Positions 50,606 to 60,442 are shown, numbered from the stretch's first letter. The stretch: 64,000 nucleotides of DNA from Thermogutta sp. (GCF_039793925.1 NZ_JBAMME010000199.1:70121-134120), one strand, 5' to 3'. Notes: generated from the letters alone by a model not told the origin. Translations and numbers: made by a program.

Positions 50606-51737
50606 ATGGAACGAGAACTCGTCAATCGTGCTGAGGCCATTCGGGAGCGTTTGCTGCAGCTTCGCGACTCCCTTTGACTACACTCACCGCAAGGCAAGGG
50701 AAGCCGAGATCGAACAGGCGATGAGCCAACCCTCCTTCTGGGGGGATCCCGAGAAATCTCAGGCGTTAGTTTCGGAGCTGAAGGAACTCCGCGCAATTCT
50801 CAAGCCCATGGATCAGGCCCTCAAGGAGCTGGAAGACGTTCAGGCCATGATCGAACTGGGCGAAGAGTCCCCGGAAATTGCCGCGGAATTGCCCCATGCG
50901 CTCCAGCGACTCGAAAAGCTGGTCGATGAGCTGGAGGTCAAGTCTCTGTTGAATGGGCCTCACGACTCATGCAACGCCATCGTGAGCATTAATGCCCGGG
51001 ATGGCGGAACTGATGCGCACGACTGGGCGGAAATGCTCCTGCGGATGTATATCAACTGGGCGGAGGCCAACGGCTACGAGGTGGAATTGCTGGACCGCGT
51101 AGATAACGACGTGGCGGGTATCAACAGTGCTACCATCGCGATCCGCGGGCCGATGGCCTACGGGTATCTCAAGGGCGAAACAGGGATCCACCGTCTTGTG
51201 CGGATCAGCCCCTTCAACGCGGAGGGGAAACGGCAAACGAGCTTCGCCGCGGTGGACGTCAGCCCGGAAGTGAAAAACGATACTGAAATCGAGATCCGAG
51301 AAGAGGATATCGAGGAAGACGTATTCCGGGCAAGCGGTCCCGGCGGACAGCACGTCAACAAGACGTCCAGTGCGGTGCGAATCACGCACATTCCCACGGG
51401 CATTGTGGTAGCGTGCCAGAGTGAACGGAGCCAGCACCAGAACCGTGCCATGGCGATGAAGATGCTGCGTGCAAAACTGGCGCGGCTGGAAGAGGAAAAA
51501 CGCGAAGCAGAACTGGCCGCGAAATACGAGGCGGCTCCCAAAGTGGGGTTTGGTTCCCAGATCCGCAGTTATTTCCAGCATCCTGAACAGCGCATCAAGG
51601 ATGCACGTACAGGTTACACCGAGACCAGTTTCCAGTCCGTCATGGATGGGGAAATTCAGGGATTCCTTGATGCCTATCTTCGGTGGAAAGCTGCGGAAGA
51701 TGCCGCCCGTTTCCGCTCGCCGGTGAAGTCCAACTGA
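50606..51737 (+). CDS. prfB: Peptide chain release factor 2 (PrfB), expressed via a programmed +1 frameshift (frame 0: 50606-50674; +1 frame: 50676-51737)
   Basis: ATG 50606 has a GGAGGT SD 5 nt upstream. It encodes MERELVNRAEAIRERLLQLRDSL and then CTT TGA C at 50672-50678. The +1 frame continues DYTHRKAREAEIEQAMSQPSFWGD and carries SPF (RISPFNAEG) and GGQ (SGPGGQHVN). Confidence 0.95.
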
Positions 51738-51815
51738 GATAAACTCAGGCTGCCCACAAGAAAAACACCGTACGATGAGCCTCACCCTCCGGCTGTGGGC
51801 TGACCGGAGACCTGC

Positions 51816-52253
51816 ATGAACAACGAGGTGAACATGGCGGCCGATATGGACTACGACCGCATTGAGAATTTGCGACTGGAATATACGGATCAGTACGTCA
51901 CCGTGAATAGCCCGCGTCCGGAACTTGCCCGATTTAAAGGAAAAATTGGCCGGGTAATCACAATCAATTGGAATGGTCGGGCCCTTGTCCAGTTCGATTC
52001 TGCTGTCGATCGCGGCTGGTACGACATTGACCTTGACGACCTGCGGGTGGTGGATCCGCCGGCTCCGAAACCAGCGCAGGGGGCCTCGTCCTCAGCATCG
52101 GCCCCCAAGGAGGGCACGCAGCATGTGGAGTACAAACCTTCGGCTCTTGAGGTAGCGCGACAGGCCCGGGACAAAACATTTGCTCAACCCTCAGCGCAGG
52201 GAGGGACCCCGAGCGACGACCAGAGTTCGTCCAAAGAGATGACGCAATCGTGA
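51816..52253 (+). CDS. Hypothetical protein (small beta-rich N-domain plus a disordered Ser/Ala/Pro tail)
   Basis: 145-aa ORF on the same strand as its neighbours. The N-terminal half looks like coding sequence. No motif recognised. Confidence 0.45.
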   Translation: MNNEVNMAADMDYDRIENLRLEYTDQYVTVNSPRPELARFKGKIGRVITINWNGRALVQFDSAVDRGWYDIDLDDLRVVDPPAPKPAQGASSSASAPKEGTQHVEYKPSALEVARQARDKTFAQPSAQGGTPSDDQSSSKEMTQS

Positions 52254-52360
52254 GGGGCATTAGGTAAATTTCCTCTCCCGCTGGAGCGCTCGGGCGACCT
52301 GCCGAGTTACGGAAGCACCTAAACGCTAACAGTCTCTTTGGCAATGAGTGTGATGAGTCT

Positions 52361-52708
52361 ATGAGCGGCCAGCAGGAATCTTTTCTTCAGGTCTTTGTGA
52401 CGTTTCCGGATCGCGAATCGGCCGCGCGAGTCGCGCAGGCTCTGGTCGAGGAAGCACTGGCAGGTTGCGTGCAAATCGTGGGTCCAGTTCACAGTGTGTA
52501 CCGGTGGGAAGGGAAAATAGAGTCGGCCGATGAATGGTTGTGTTTAATCAAGACTGCGACTTCGCGCTACGCTCAACTTGAGCAACGCATCCGGCAACTC
52601 CATTCCTATCAAGTGCCGGAAATTATCGCGGTACCGATTTCAGCGGGAAGTTCGGATTACTTGAAATGGTTAAGTGCCGCGACCGGGGAAACGAGCTCTG
52701 CTCCTTAG
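52361..52708 (+). CDS. cutA: Divalent-cation tolerance protein CutA
   Basis: VFVTFPDRESAARVAQALVEEALAGCVQI ... SVYRWEGKIE ... HSYQVPEIIAVPI matches the CutA1 fold signature. Confidence 0.85.
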   Translation: MSGQQESFLQVFVTFPDRESAARVAQALVEEALAGCVQIVGPVHSVYRWEGKIESADEWLCLIKTATSRYAQLEQRIRQLHSYQVPEIIAVPISAGSSDYLKWLSAATGETSSAP

Positions 52709-52927
52709 AATCTGCGTTCATCCTGCTGTTGTCCTTTCCACGCGCAGCCGTGTACCGGCAGAGGATCCCCTGCAGGCAATTTGGGGAACTTGCCATTTGA
52801 GGCTTGGCATCGCGCGGGTTCCGGGAAATAATGAGCGTAGTCCACCGGCCCAGCGCAGAGGTTTTGCTTTGTCGCCAAAATGTTTGACATAGTCCGGACC
52901 CGGCTAACCCAGCACGAAAGGCTGCCT

Positions 52928-54280
52928 ATGAAGATTTCACCTCTTCTCCGTACGCGTGTTGTCACGATTTCTTCTCCTTGGACTCATCCATTGACGAGGA
53001 GTTCAAGTTTCTTATGGGATGCCCGTTTATGGACGCCGCAATTGCTGCTGGCGGCCAGCCTGGCGTTGTGTTTTTGGGGCTTTGGGTACGCCACGCCGGC
53101 TCGCGCCGAAGGTGCTGCCTCATCGGCACCCACCGGTCTGGCAGCACTTTCCCTAGAGGATTGCAAACGAGTGCTCGCGGAGGGCGACGAGGCAAGCAGA
53201 CTGAAAGCGGTTGCAGCGCTGGAATCCATGGGGCAGGAGGCGGTGCCCGTGCTTCTCACAGCCCTCGATGATTCCCATGACGCAGTGAGAGCGAGGGCCA
53301 TCGTGGCGATCGGCAAGTTAGCACCCGCGCATGCCGAGGTGGCAGTCTCCAAGCTCCTGGAACTGGCCCAGAAGGATGGAGCGCAGGTGGATGAGTGGCC
53401 TAACTGGATACTGGCATTTAAAGCAATCGGGAAGTTTGGCGAAACGGCGTTGCCAACTCTTGATGAGCAGTGGAAAAACGCCTCGCCTGAAAAGAAGGCC
53501 GTGCTGTGCGTAGCGTATTCGGAATTGGGACCGGCGGCAGGCCCGGCTGTCCCAAAATTGATTGAACTGATTGAGGAAGACAACTTGGTCAATCGCCGAC
53601 AGGCGGTGGGGGCTCTCATGGCGATTGGTCCGGCGGCGGCCCCAGCCGTTCCGGTGCTTCGAAAGGCGCTCTACCACGAGGATTTTCACACCCAGTATTG
53701 GGCATGTCGCGCGCTGGGGGCCATCGGTGAACCGGCCCTTCCTGCCGTGCCGGACCTCATTGATCGGCTCAAGAATGGGGCCGCTTCTGTGAAACGCAAC
53801 GCCGCGGCTGCACTGGGTAAGATCGGCCCGAAAATCGGTCCCGAGGCGATTCAGGCACTGATCGAAGCGGTGGACGATGTAGTGCAACCGGTCCGCGAAC
53901 AGGCTGTCCTTGCATTGGGGCGGCTGGGACCCGATGTGGCTGGGTCTGCCCGGGAGGCGATTGAAAAATCCCACGCTCGTCGGCCGATTTATCCGGCCTC
54001 GGCCGCATGTTGGGCGATCTGGCGTCTCGGGGGGCCCTTCGAGCCACTCAAAAACAGCCTAATTTCTGACATTCGTGCTGGAATTTACCGCGATGAGGCG
54101 ACGGAGATCGTTCTCACGATGGGCCGCGATGCCGAGCCCGTCATCAAAGAGCTGGAGGCGCTGGCCCGGTCGCTCGCCCAGAAAAAGTTGGCACCTCTGG
54201 AAGAGGAAGAGCTTGCCAATATCCAGCAGACATTGGCCGAAGTACGGACCGCCTGGCAGAGCGGCACGCCGGCCCGGTAG
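52928..54280 (+). CDS. HEAT-repeat (PBS-lyase-type) protein with an N-terminal signal/anchor
   Basis: Multiple repeats of about 31 aa of the form AVPxLxxxLxDxxxxVRxxAxxALGxIGP. Hydrophobic N-terminal segment LLLAASLALCFWGFGYA. Confidence 0.75.
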   Translation: MKISPLLRTRVVTISSPWTHPLTRSSSFLWDARLWTPQLLLAASLALCFWGFGYATPARAEGAASSAPTGLAALSLEDCKRVLAEGDEASRLKAVAALESMGQEAVPVLLTALDDSHDAVRARAIVAIGKLAPAHAEVAVSKLLELAQKDGAQVDEWPNWILAFKAIGKFGETALPTLDEQWKNASPEKKAVLCVAYSELGPAAGPAVPKLIELIEEDNLVNRRQAVGALMAIGPAAAPAVPVLRKALYHEDFHTQYWACRALGAIGEPALPAVPDLIDRLKNGAASVKRNAAAALGKIGPKIGPEAIQALIEAVDDVVQPVREQAVLALGRLGPDVAGSAREAIEKSHARRPIYPASAACWAIWRLGGPFEPLKNSLISDIRAGIYRDEATEIVLTMGRDAEPVIKELEALARSLAQKKLAPLEEEELANIQQTLAEVRTAWQSGTPAR

Positions 54281-54359
54281 TTGGTCATCGTCACCTTTTC
54301 CCGGCAAGTAGCGGAGAGGTGCAAACCTTAGTCAGGATGTGCGCATGAGCGAGATTCAG

Positions 54360-54386
54360 CCCAGAGGGACGTGCTTGTCAGGTCCG
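54360..54386. repeat. Copy B of the same conserved intergenic motif
   Basis: CCCAGAGGGACGTGCTTGTCAGGTCCG; see copy A. Confidence 0.7.
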
Positions 54387-54678
54387 CATTCCAACTGGTG
54401 GATCATGCTTTTCATTGGCCGGTCTCCAACTGCTCGGTTCTGTGGAGGTCAAATGCTAGGGGCAACTCATGAAAGGCCCCTACAACACATCGGCGTCTCT
54501 CACAGATTCTTAGAAAAAGTGGCAATAGGTCAAACTTTCGCGGCGCTTGCCGCTGACTACGGGCGGGAGTAAAATGAGGCGTTATGGGATTTGCGGCCGC
54601 TTGCAGCCATATCTGCTAAAGTGCCATCGTCGTCCCTGGGTCGGCCGGTGGGCGGCGATTCAAACCGAAACGAGCTTG

Positions 54679-54714
54679 CCGCGACGGCCCGGTTGTTCGT
54701 CGCGGTTTTTATTT
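54679..54714 (+). terminator. Strong intrinsic terminator about 100 nt upstream of the trans-sulfuration genes
   Basis: Perfect 8-bp stem: CCGCGACG (54679-54686) pairs with CGTCGCGG (54698-54705) around an 11-nt loop, followed by TTTTTATTT. Confidence 0.75.
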
Positions 54715-54815
54715 AGGCACACAAGTAGAGAGCAGCGAGCTGGTTCGGAGGAAAACCTGATTGCACCTTCCGTTGTTTATTCCAGAGCTCTTTGACTGAA
54801 AGAAACGGTGTCACC

Positions 54816-56027
54816 ATGTCGAACAAGCCGACTGCTCAACCCGAGACCAATCGGTCCCAAGGTTTTTCCACTCTCTGCGTTCACGGTGGCGAAGATCGCA
54901 TTAAGCCTTGCTATTCGATCACTGATCCGATTTTCTGTACGGCCACGTACACGTTCGAAAACACCGAAGCCGTCATCGAATACGTCACTAAAAAGCTGCC
55001 CCGCGAAGAATATGGCCGGTACGGCAACCCCACGGAAAAGGTGCTGGAAAGAAAGCTCGCAGCTCTCGAGGGCGGTGAAAGCTGTGTGACGTTTGCCACG
55101 GGGATGGCGGCCGTGGCCTGCTATCTGATGGCCAAAGTCCGCCCCGGTGATGAAATTGTGATGTTTGATGAGTGCTATCATCGCACTCGGGAGTTTTGTA
55201 CGAAAGTGCTCGGCCAGTTCGGCGTGGTGACGCATCAAATTCCCGCCTGTGATTACGAAAAGATGGAAGCCGCCATCAACAAGCGGACCAAGCTGCTCAT
55301 CAGCGAGTCGCCGACCAATCCGCATTTGAGCGTTGTGGATCTCGAGCGTTTTGCCGCGTTGGGGAAAAAATATGGTGTGGAAACTCTCATTGATGCGACG
55401 CTCGCTACGCCCTACAACGTGCGACCGCTCGAATACGGCATCGACTGTGTCCTGCATTCTTGTACCAAGTATTTAGGCGGGCACAACGACCTACTGGCAG
55501 GCGCGATTATTGGCCGGGAAGAGTTGCTTGAGCCTGTCCGAAAGCTGCGGGGTGTGATGGGAATGGGAAATTCCCCGCACGCCATTTATCTGCTGCTTCG
55601 CGGGTTGAAGACTTTCGAGCTTCGCATGGAAAGGCACAACCAGAACGGTCTGGCTCTGGCGCGATTTCTCGAAAAGCATCCGCGTGTGGAAAAGGTCTAT
55701 TATCCCGGCCTGGAAAGCCATCGCGACTACGCGGTGGCGCGTCGCACCATGCGCGGATTCGGCGGTCTCGTTACGTTCCTGGTGAAAGATGCCGATGCCC
55801 AAATGACCGCCCGGGTGGTGGACGCCGTGCGAATTCCTCGGATTGGACCGAGCCTGGGGGGTGTGGAATCTTTGATCGAACAGCCCATGTACATGAGCTA
55901 TCACGACTTCACCCCCGAACAGCGATTGGCGGTCGGTATCCCGGATAACATGATTCGAGTCTCCTGCGGGATTGAGAACACGGAAGATTTGATCGCCGAC
56001 TTCGCTCAAGCGCTGGAAAAAATCTGA
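54816..56027 (+). CDS. Cys/Met-metabolism PLP-dependent enzyme (cystathionine gamma-synthase / beta-lyase family)
   Basis: FSTLCVHGG, YGRYGNPT, FATGMAA, PLP-Lys in HSCTKYLGGHNDLLAG, PSLGGVESLIE. Confidence 0.85.
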   Translation: MSNKPTAQPETNRSQGFSTLCVHGGEDRIKPCYSITDPIFCTATYTFENTEAVIEYVTKKLPREEYGRYGNPTEKVLERKLAALEGGESCVTFATGMAAVACYLMAKVRPGDEIVMFDECYHRTREFCTKVLGQFGVVTHQIPACDYEKMEAAINKRTKLLISESPTNPHLSVVDLERFAALGKKYGVETLIDATLATPYNVRPLEYGIDCVLHSCTKYLGGHNDLLAGAIIGREELLEPVRKLRGVMGMGNSPHAIYLLLRGLKTFELRMERHNQNGLALARFLEKHPRVEKVYYPGLESHRDYAVARRTMRGFGGLVTFLVKDADAQMTARVVDAVRIPRIGPSLGGVESLIEQPMYMSYHDFTPEQRLAVGIPDNMIRVSCGIENTEDLIADFAQALEKI

Positions 56028-56168
56028 TGCTGTGGCGTAAATCGCTGGCCAGCGAAATGACCGCGGTACCTGCGCTCAATCGATTCATCAACATTGGATT
56101 AAGGTGAATTATCACCGGCCACCGCCTCGGTAACGCAATGTCCCCAGCCTGAGAATAGGGCCATTTCC

Positions 56169-57317
56169 ATGAAGTTTCGCACCAGGGCCATTCATCTCGG
56201 GTTTGAGCCTGATCCTCAGACGGGAGCGGTTGTTCCGCCCATCCATCTAGCAACGACGTTTGTCCAACCGGCAGCGGGAGAGTGGCGGGAATTCGATTAC
56301 TCCCGCAGTGGCAATCCCACCCGGAAAGCCTTCGAAAACGCGATAGCGGCTCTTGAGTCCGGCGTGGGTGGTCTTGCTTTCGCCTCGGGAATGGCCGCCA
56401 TCCATTGTGTGACGCAACTTCTGCAAACTGGTGATCATATTGTCACGGGCCAGGATGTTTATGGCGGGACATACCGGCTTTTTCACAAGATCATTAACCG
56501 GGCGGGGATTTCGGTGACGATGGTTCCTACAAACGATTTGGAGGCCGTGGAGAAAGCCTTCCAGCCGAACACCAAACTGCTCTGGTTGGAGACGCCCGGC
56601 AACCCCCTTCTGACGATCACTGACATCGCAGCATGTGCAGAGATCGCCCATCGGCATGGGGCACTGGTCGGTGTTGATAGCACATTCGCGACACCGGCCC
56701 TGACCCGACCCCTCGAGCTGGGTGCGGACATCGTCATGCACTCGGCGACGAAATATCTCGGGGGACACAGTGACGTCCTAGGGGGCGTCCTCGTGGTACG
56801 GGACGCGGAGCTTTATCAGCGGCTTTACTTTATCCAGAATGCCACGGGGGCCGTGATGGGTCCGTGGGAATCCTATCTCTGCCATCGTGGACTGCGGACC
56901 CTGGAACTTCGTATCCGCGAACAATGCCGGTCGGCCATGGCCATCGCTCAATTCCTGGCGGAGCATTCCGCCGTCCGGCGAGTTTACTACCCTGGCCTGG
57001 CTGATCATCCAGGTCACGAAATCGCCGCTCGCCAGATGTCGGGCTATTTTGGTGCGATGTTAAGCTTCGAGGTGGAAGGAGACATAGAAACGGCCAAGCA
57101 GATTGTCAATTCTACCCGTCTTTTCCATCTTGCCGTAAGTTTGGGGGCAGTCGAGTCGCTTATCGAACAGCCTGCCCTGATGTCCCACGCAAGCTACGAT
57201 CCCGAAGCCCGCCGGGCCCACGGCATTAGCGACACGCTCATCCGCCTCTCCATCGGGCTGGAAGACCCGGAGGACCTGATCGCCGACCTCGAGCAGGCCC
57301 TGGTCCGGGCAATGTGA
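56169..57317 (+). CDS. Cys/Met-metabolism PLP-dependent enzyme (cystathionine gamma-lyase/synthase family), a paralogue of the preceding gene
   Basis: TRAIHLG, YSRSGNPTR, FASGMAAI, PLP-Lys in HSATKYLGGHSDVLGG, VSLGAVESLIEQPALMSHA. Confidence 0.85.
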   Translation: MKFRTRAIHLGFEPDPQTGAVVPPIHLATTFVQPAAGEWREFDYSRSGNPTRKAFENAIAALESGVGGLAFASGMAAIHCVTQLLQTGDHIVTGQDVYGGTYRLFHKIINRAGISVTMVPTNDLEAVEKAFQPNTKLLWLETPGNPLLTITDIAACAEIAHRHGALVGVDSTFATPALTRPLELGADIVMHSATKYLGGHSDVLGGVLVVRDAELYQRLYFIQNATGAVMGPWESYLCHRGLRTLELRIREQCRSAMAIAQFLAEHSAVRRVYYPGLADHPGHEIAARQMSGYFGAMLSFEVEGDIETAKQIVNSTRLFHLAVSLGAVESLIEQPALMSHASYDPEARRAHGISDTLIRLSIGLEDPEDLIADLEQALVRAM

Positions 57318-57517
57318 CCCCGCAACCCGAAAATTTACCATGCGTGCTCCGGCTTTCTGCGGCGGGGCGGCTCCTGTGTGGTAAAATTTGCGGATTGCGC
57401 AAGCTTTTCTGAAAGATTTGGCTCTTCCGATTCCGATAAGTTTATCGACGAACAAACGTCGAGTTTGGCCCTCTGGCCTATCGTGTTATTGCTGCTGTCC
57501 ATAACAGGAGTTGCCTT

Positions 57518-58792
57518 ATGTCCCGGCGAACGACTTTCGCTTGGTGCTGCGTCATTACTGTGGCATTGGTTGCCGGCGTTTGGGACTGCCACGGGGTCGC
57601 GGCTGAAACGGAATACGTTGAACGGGCAACCGGTTCTCCCGTAGCGTACTGGAGCTCCCAGGTCTTACGTCGCCAGCCTCCGAGCATCGAGGAAGTGACG
57701 CGGCCCCCGGCCCGACGGGTTTCCCGACCACACCCCGCGGCGAGAAACTCTTCACCGGAGGAAATCAGCTACCAAATAATGACGACGTCCCGGGAGCCTG
57801 TCGAGGAGTCGTCGCCCGAGGTCATTCCACCCGGTCAGCCGGTCATCACAAGTGGAATGGTGGACGAAGAAGGCGTGCAAACTGGCTTGGTGGAAGACGG
57901 TGGTGTCATTTACGAGCCAGGGGGGTTCGTCCAGCCGGATGTGTATTATGGCGGAGGTTTGCTGTTTGGACCATGGATCCAGCACCTGAGTGTCTTTGCC
58001 GGAGCGCACGGTTTTAAAGGGCCGGTGGATCTCGGGCGAAACGGGAATTTCGGGCTCCACGAGGGCCTCAACTACTCCGCTCCGATCGGGGGTCCGTGGA
58101 ACATCGGATACCAGGTGGGTGTTCAGGTGGTGCACAGTGACTTTGCCGGTCACGAGGCGCTCACATGGTACGGTAACAATCTGGTCTCCCGCGGGAGTCG
58201 GGCGCAAATGTTTCTCACTGCGGGATTGTTTCACCGCCCTGACTGCGGCCGATGGCAGTGGAGTGTCCTCTTCGACTGGATGCACGATGACTTTTGGGTG
58301 GACTCCGATTTACTCCAGATTCGGCATGAAATTTCGTTCTTCCTCGATGACATGCGGGAAATCGGCTACATGGGCATGTACGGCGTCAAGGACGACATGC
58401 TCCTTTTGCCCGACGATCCGCAGAACCCCGACCACCGCCAGTACCTCGATCTGTCGGTCCTCGATCGCTACGTGGTGTTCTATCGGCGTCACTTTTGTCA
58501 GGGTGGCGAGGGCCGATTCTGGGTAGGGGTTTCCGGCTATGGAGACGGCCTCATTGGTGCGGACATCACACTTCCGCTCGATGGCAGTTGGGCATTCGAG
58601 GCCAATTTCGCGTATCTGGCTCCTCACACCGGGCGGGGAGTGGACGGCCAAATCGATGAAAACTGGAGCGTCTCCATGGGCCTGATCTGGTATCCAGGAC
58701 GGCACGTAAGCGAGGCCCTCAACGATCTCTTCCGCTCAGTTCAGGGTGTAGCGGACAATACGAGCATGATGTTCCACGGTCGGGTCCGCTGA
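57518..58792 (+). CDS. Secreted protein of unknown function (possible outer-membrane beta-rich protein)
   Basis: Signal peptide MSRRTTFAWCCVITVALVAGVWDCHGVAA. The C-terminal two-thirds are rich in alternating aromatic/Gly beta-strand-like segments (WNIGYQVGVQVVH, WAFEANFAYLAP, WSVSMGLIWYPG). Confidence 0.5.
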   Translation: MSRRTTFAWCCVITVALVAGVWDCHGVAAETEYVERATGSPVAYWSSQVLRRQPPSIEEVTRPPARRVSRPHPAARNSSPEEISYQIMTTSREPVEESSPEVIPPGQPVITSGMVDEEGVQTGLVEDGGVIYEPGGFVQPDVYYGGGLLFGPWIQHLSVFAGAHGFKGPVDLGRNGNFGLHEGLNYSAPIGGPWNIGYQVGVQVVHSDFAGHEALTWYGNNLVSRGSRAQMFLTAGLFHRPDCGRWQWSVLFDWMHDDFWVDSDLLQIRHEISFFLDDMREIGYMGMYGVKDDMLLLPDDPQNPDHRQYLDLSVLDRYVVFYRRHFCQGGEGRFWVGVSGYGDGLIGADITLPLDGSWAFEANFAYLAPHTGRGVDGQIDENWSVSMGLIWYPGRHVSEALNDLFRSVQGVADNTSMMFHGRVR

Positions 58793-58822
58793 CCGCGTTC
58801 GGGGAAACACGCGTTATCAGGT

Positions 58823-58862
58823 GCCCTGCGTGTGTTATCAGCATGCGCAGGGCTTGCTGTTT
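58823..58862 (+). terminator. Candidate terminator hairpin after the secreted-protein gene
   Basis: GCCCTGCG (58823-58830) pairs with CGCAGGGC (58846-58853), followed by the T-rich TTGCTGTTT. Confidence 0.4.
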
Positions 58863-59042
58863 ACAATAGTCCTCCGGGGACAGGCACTCCAAGAGGGCCG
58901 ATTTCTTCGCTTTCCGAACCCGGCTCTGGTGATAATTGGCACTCTCGATTCTTGACATGGCGAGCTCAGTTAGATGGAATGAAGCGAGCATGAAAACCGT
59001 TGTTAGGTAGAAAAGGTGTTTTTTGAAAGAAAGGCCTGCCCT

Positions 59043-60359
59043 ATGTCTCAAAGAACTCGCCGGCGTGATTTCCTGAAATGGGGTGCCCTGGGCACGTCCA
59101 TCCTGGGAATTCCTCAATTTCTGCCTGCCACGGCACTGGGATTGGAACAGGGCGTTCCGCCCAGTGAAAAAATCACTTTGGGTGTGATCGGGATTGGTCC
59201 TCGGGCAACCTACGACCTGAACGCCATCCTCAAATTGCCGGATGTCAAATGCCTGGCCATCGCTGATGTGCAGGCACGTCGCCGGGAGGCAGGAAAACGT
59301 CTGGTGGACGAATTCTACGGCAACAACGACTGCGCAGTTTATCGCGATTTCCGGGAACTGCTGGCACGTTCTGATATTGACACAGTTCTCATCGCGACGG
59401 GAGACCGCTGGCACGCACCCGCCTCGATCATGGCGGCAGAAGCGGGCAAAGACGTTTACAGCGAAAAACCTTGTGGCATCACAATCGCCAAGTGCCAGCA
59501 ACTTGCAGAAACCTTTCAACGCACCAAGCGTATTTTCCAGGCGGGAACCCAGCGTCGCAGTGTGCCCAACTTCCAATATGCCGTCGCGCTGGCTCAAAGT
59601 GGGAAACTGGGAAAAATCCATACGGTGTATGCATCCGTATACGAGCCGCAACTCGAGAACGGCTGGCTGCCACGAGAACAGACGCCACCGCGCGATGTGG
59701 TGGACTGGAATCTGTGGCTGGGACCGGCCCCGTGGCGGCCTTACAACCATACTTATGTGGACGGAGGCTGGCGGGGCTATTTTGATTTTGACTCCGGTGC
59801 GCGACTTCTGGATTGGGGTGCGCACACTGTCGATCTGTGCCAGTGGGCACTGAAGGCCGATAATACGGTCCCTGTCCGATATGTTCCCGAGAACGACCGA
59901 ATCGTGTGCTACTACGCCGACGGCGTGAAATTGATCCTCGACTTTCTGAAAACTCCGTTTGGCGATCGGTCGCCAAAATTCATCACCCGACTGGGAACCT
60001 GTCCCGTCCGATTTGTGGGAGACGAAGGCTGGGTGGAAACCGGTGACGAAGGGGGCATTGAGGTTCATCCGGAGTCACTTAAGAAGGAACTGCCTGAAGC
60101 AGTGACTCGCGTGAAGGGACTGGATGTTTCGGCCCACGCCCGCAACTTCTTTGATTGCGTGCGCTCGCGTCAAAAAACGGTGACCAATGAAATGATCATG
60201 CGACGGTCGCATGTGGCATGTCACGCGGCAGCCATCGCCTGGATCCTCAACCGCGAGCTCCGCTTCGATCCGGAAAAAGAACGGTTTCCCGACGACGAAG
60301 AAGCCAACCTCCTCTGTGCGCGTCCGGAAAGGAACCCGTGGTCGGAGACGGGGGTCTGA
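59043..60359 (+). CDS. Tat-exported Gfo/Idh/MocA family oxidoreductase
   Basis: Twin-arginine signal SQRTRRRDFLKWGALGTSILG. Rossmann segment LGVIGIGPRATYDL. EKPCGITIA motif. Confidence 0.85.
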   Translation: MSQRTRRRDFLKWGALGTSILGIPQFLPATALGLEQGVPPSEKITLGVIGIGPRATYDLNAILKLPDVKCLAIADVQARRREAGKRLVDEFYGNNDCAVYRDFRELLARSDIDTVLIATGDRWHAPASIMAAEAGKDVYSEKPCGITIAKCQQLAETFQRTKRIFQAGTQRRSVPNFQYAVALAQSGKLGKIHTVYASVYEPQLENGWLPREQTPPRDVVDWNLWLGPAPWRPYNHTYVDGGWRGYFDFDSGARLLDWGAHTVDLCQWALKADNTVPVRYVPENDRIVCYYADGVKLILDFLKTPFGDRSPKFITRLGTCPVRFVGDEGWVETGDEGGIEVHPESLKKELPEAVTRVKGLDVSAHARNFFDCVRSRQKTVTNEMIMRRSHVACHAAAIAWILNRELRFDPEKERFPDDEEANLLCARPERNPWSETGV

Positions 60360-60408
60360 AATGTCGTTTGCAAACTGGTAAAGCGCAGCCCTCATACACC
60401 TCGACGGA

Positions 60409-60442
60409 GCGGTAGGGAGCTGGCAATTGGCCTCCCTACCGC
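60409..60442. terminator. Perfect 11-bp hairpin between convergent genes (possible bidirectional terminator; weak U-tract)
   Basis: GCGGTAGGGAG (60409-60419) pairs with CTCCCTACCGC (60432-60442) around a 12-nt loop. It lies between the Gfo oxidoreductase stop (60359) and the trxA stop (60496). Confidence 0.5.

Noticed and set aside
50967-51785. 272-aa minus-strand ORF
   Set aside because: It is antisense to prfB.
52984-53974. Minus-strand ORFs of 211 aa and 218 aa
   Set aside because: They are antisense to the HEAT-repeat gene. The repeat periodicity is visible only in the plus frame.
54340-54815. Known SAM-I, SAM-II, SAM-IV, SAH or cobalamin riboswitch upstream of the met genes
   Set aside because: I could not find the hallmark conserved strings from memory (for example GAGGGA..GGCCC..GCAACC..GGUGCCAA for SAM-I, or the B12 box). 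Only the generic leader-plus-terminator architecture is reported. A covariance-model search is needed.
58719-60068. 449-aa minus-strand ORF
   Set aside because: It is antisense to the Gfo/Idh/MocA oxidoreductase, which has a Tat signal and a Rossmann motif. The translation is Arg/Cys/His-rich with no domain.
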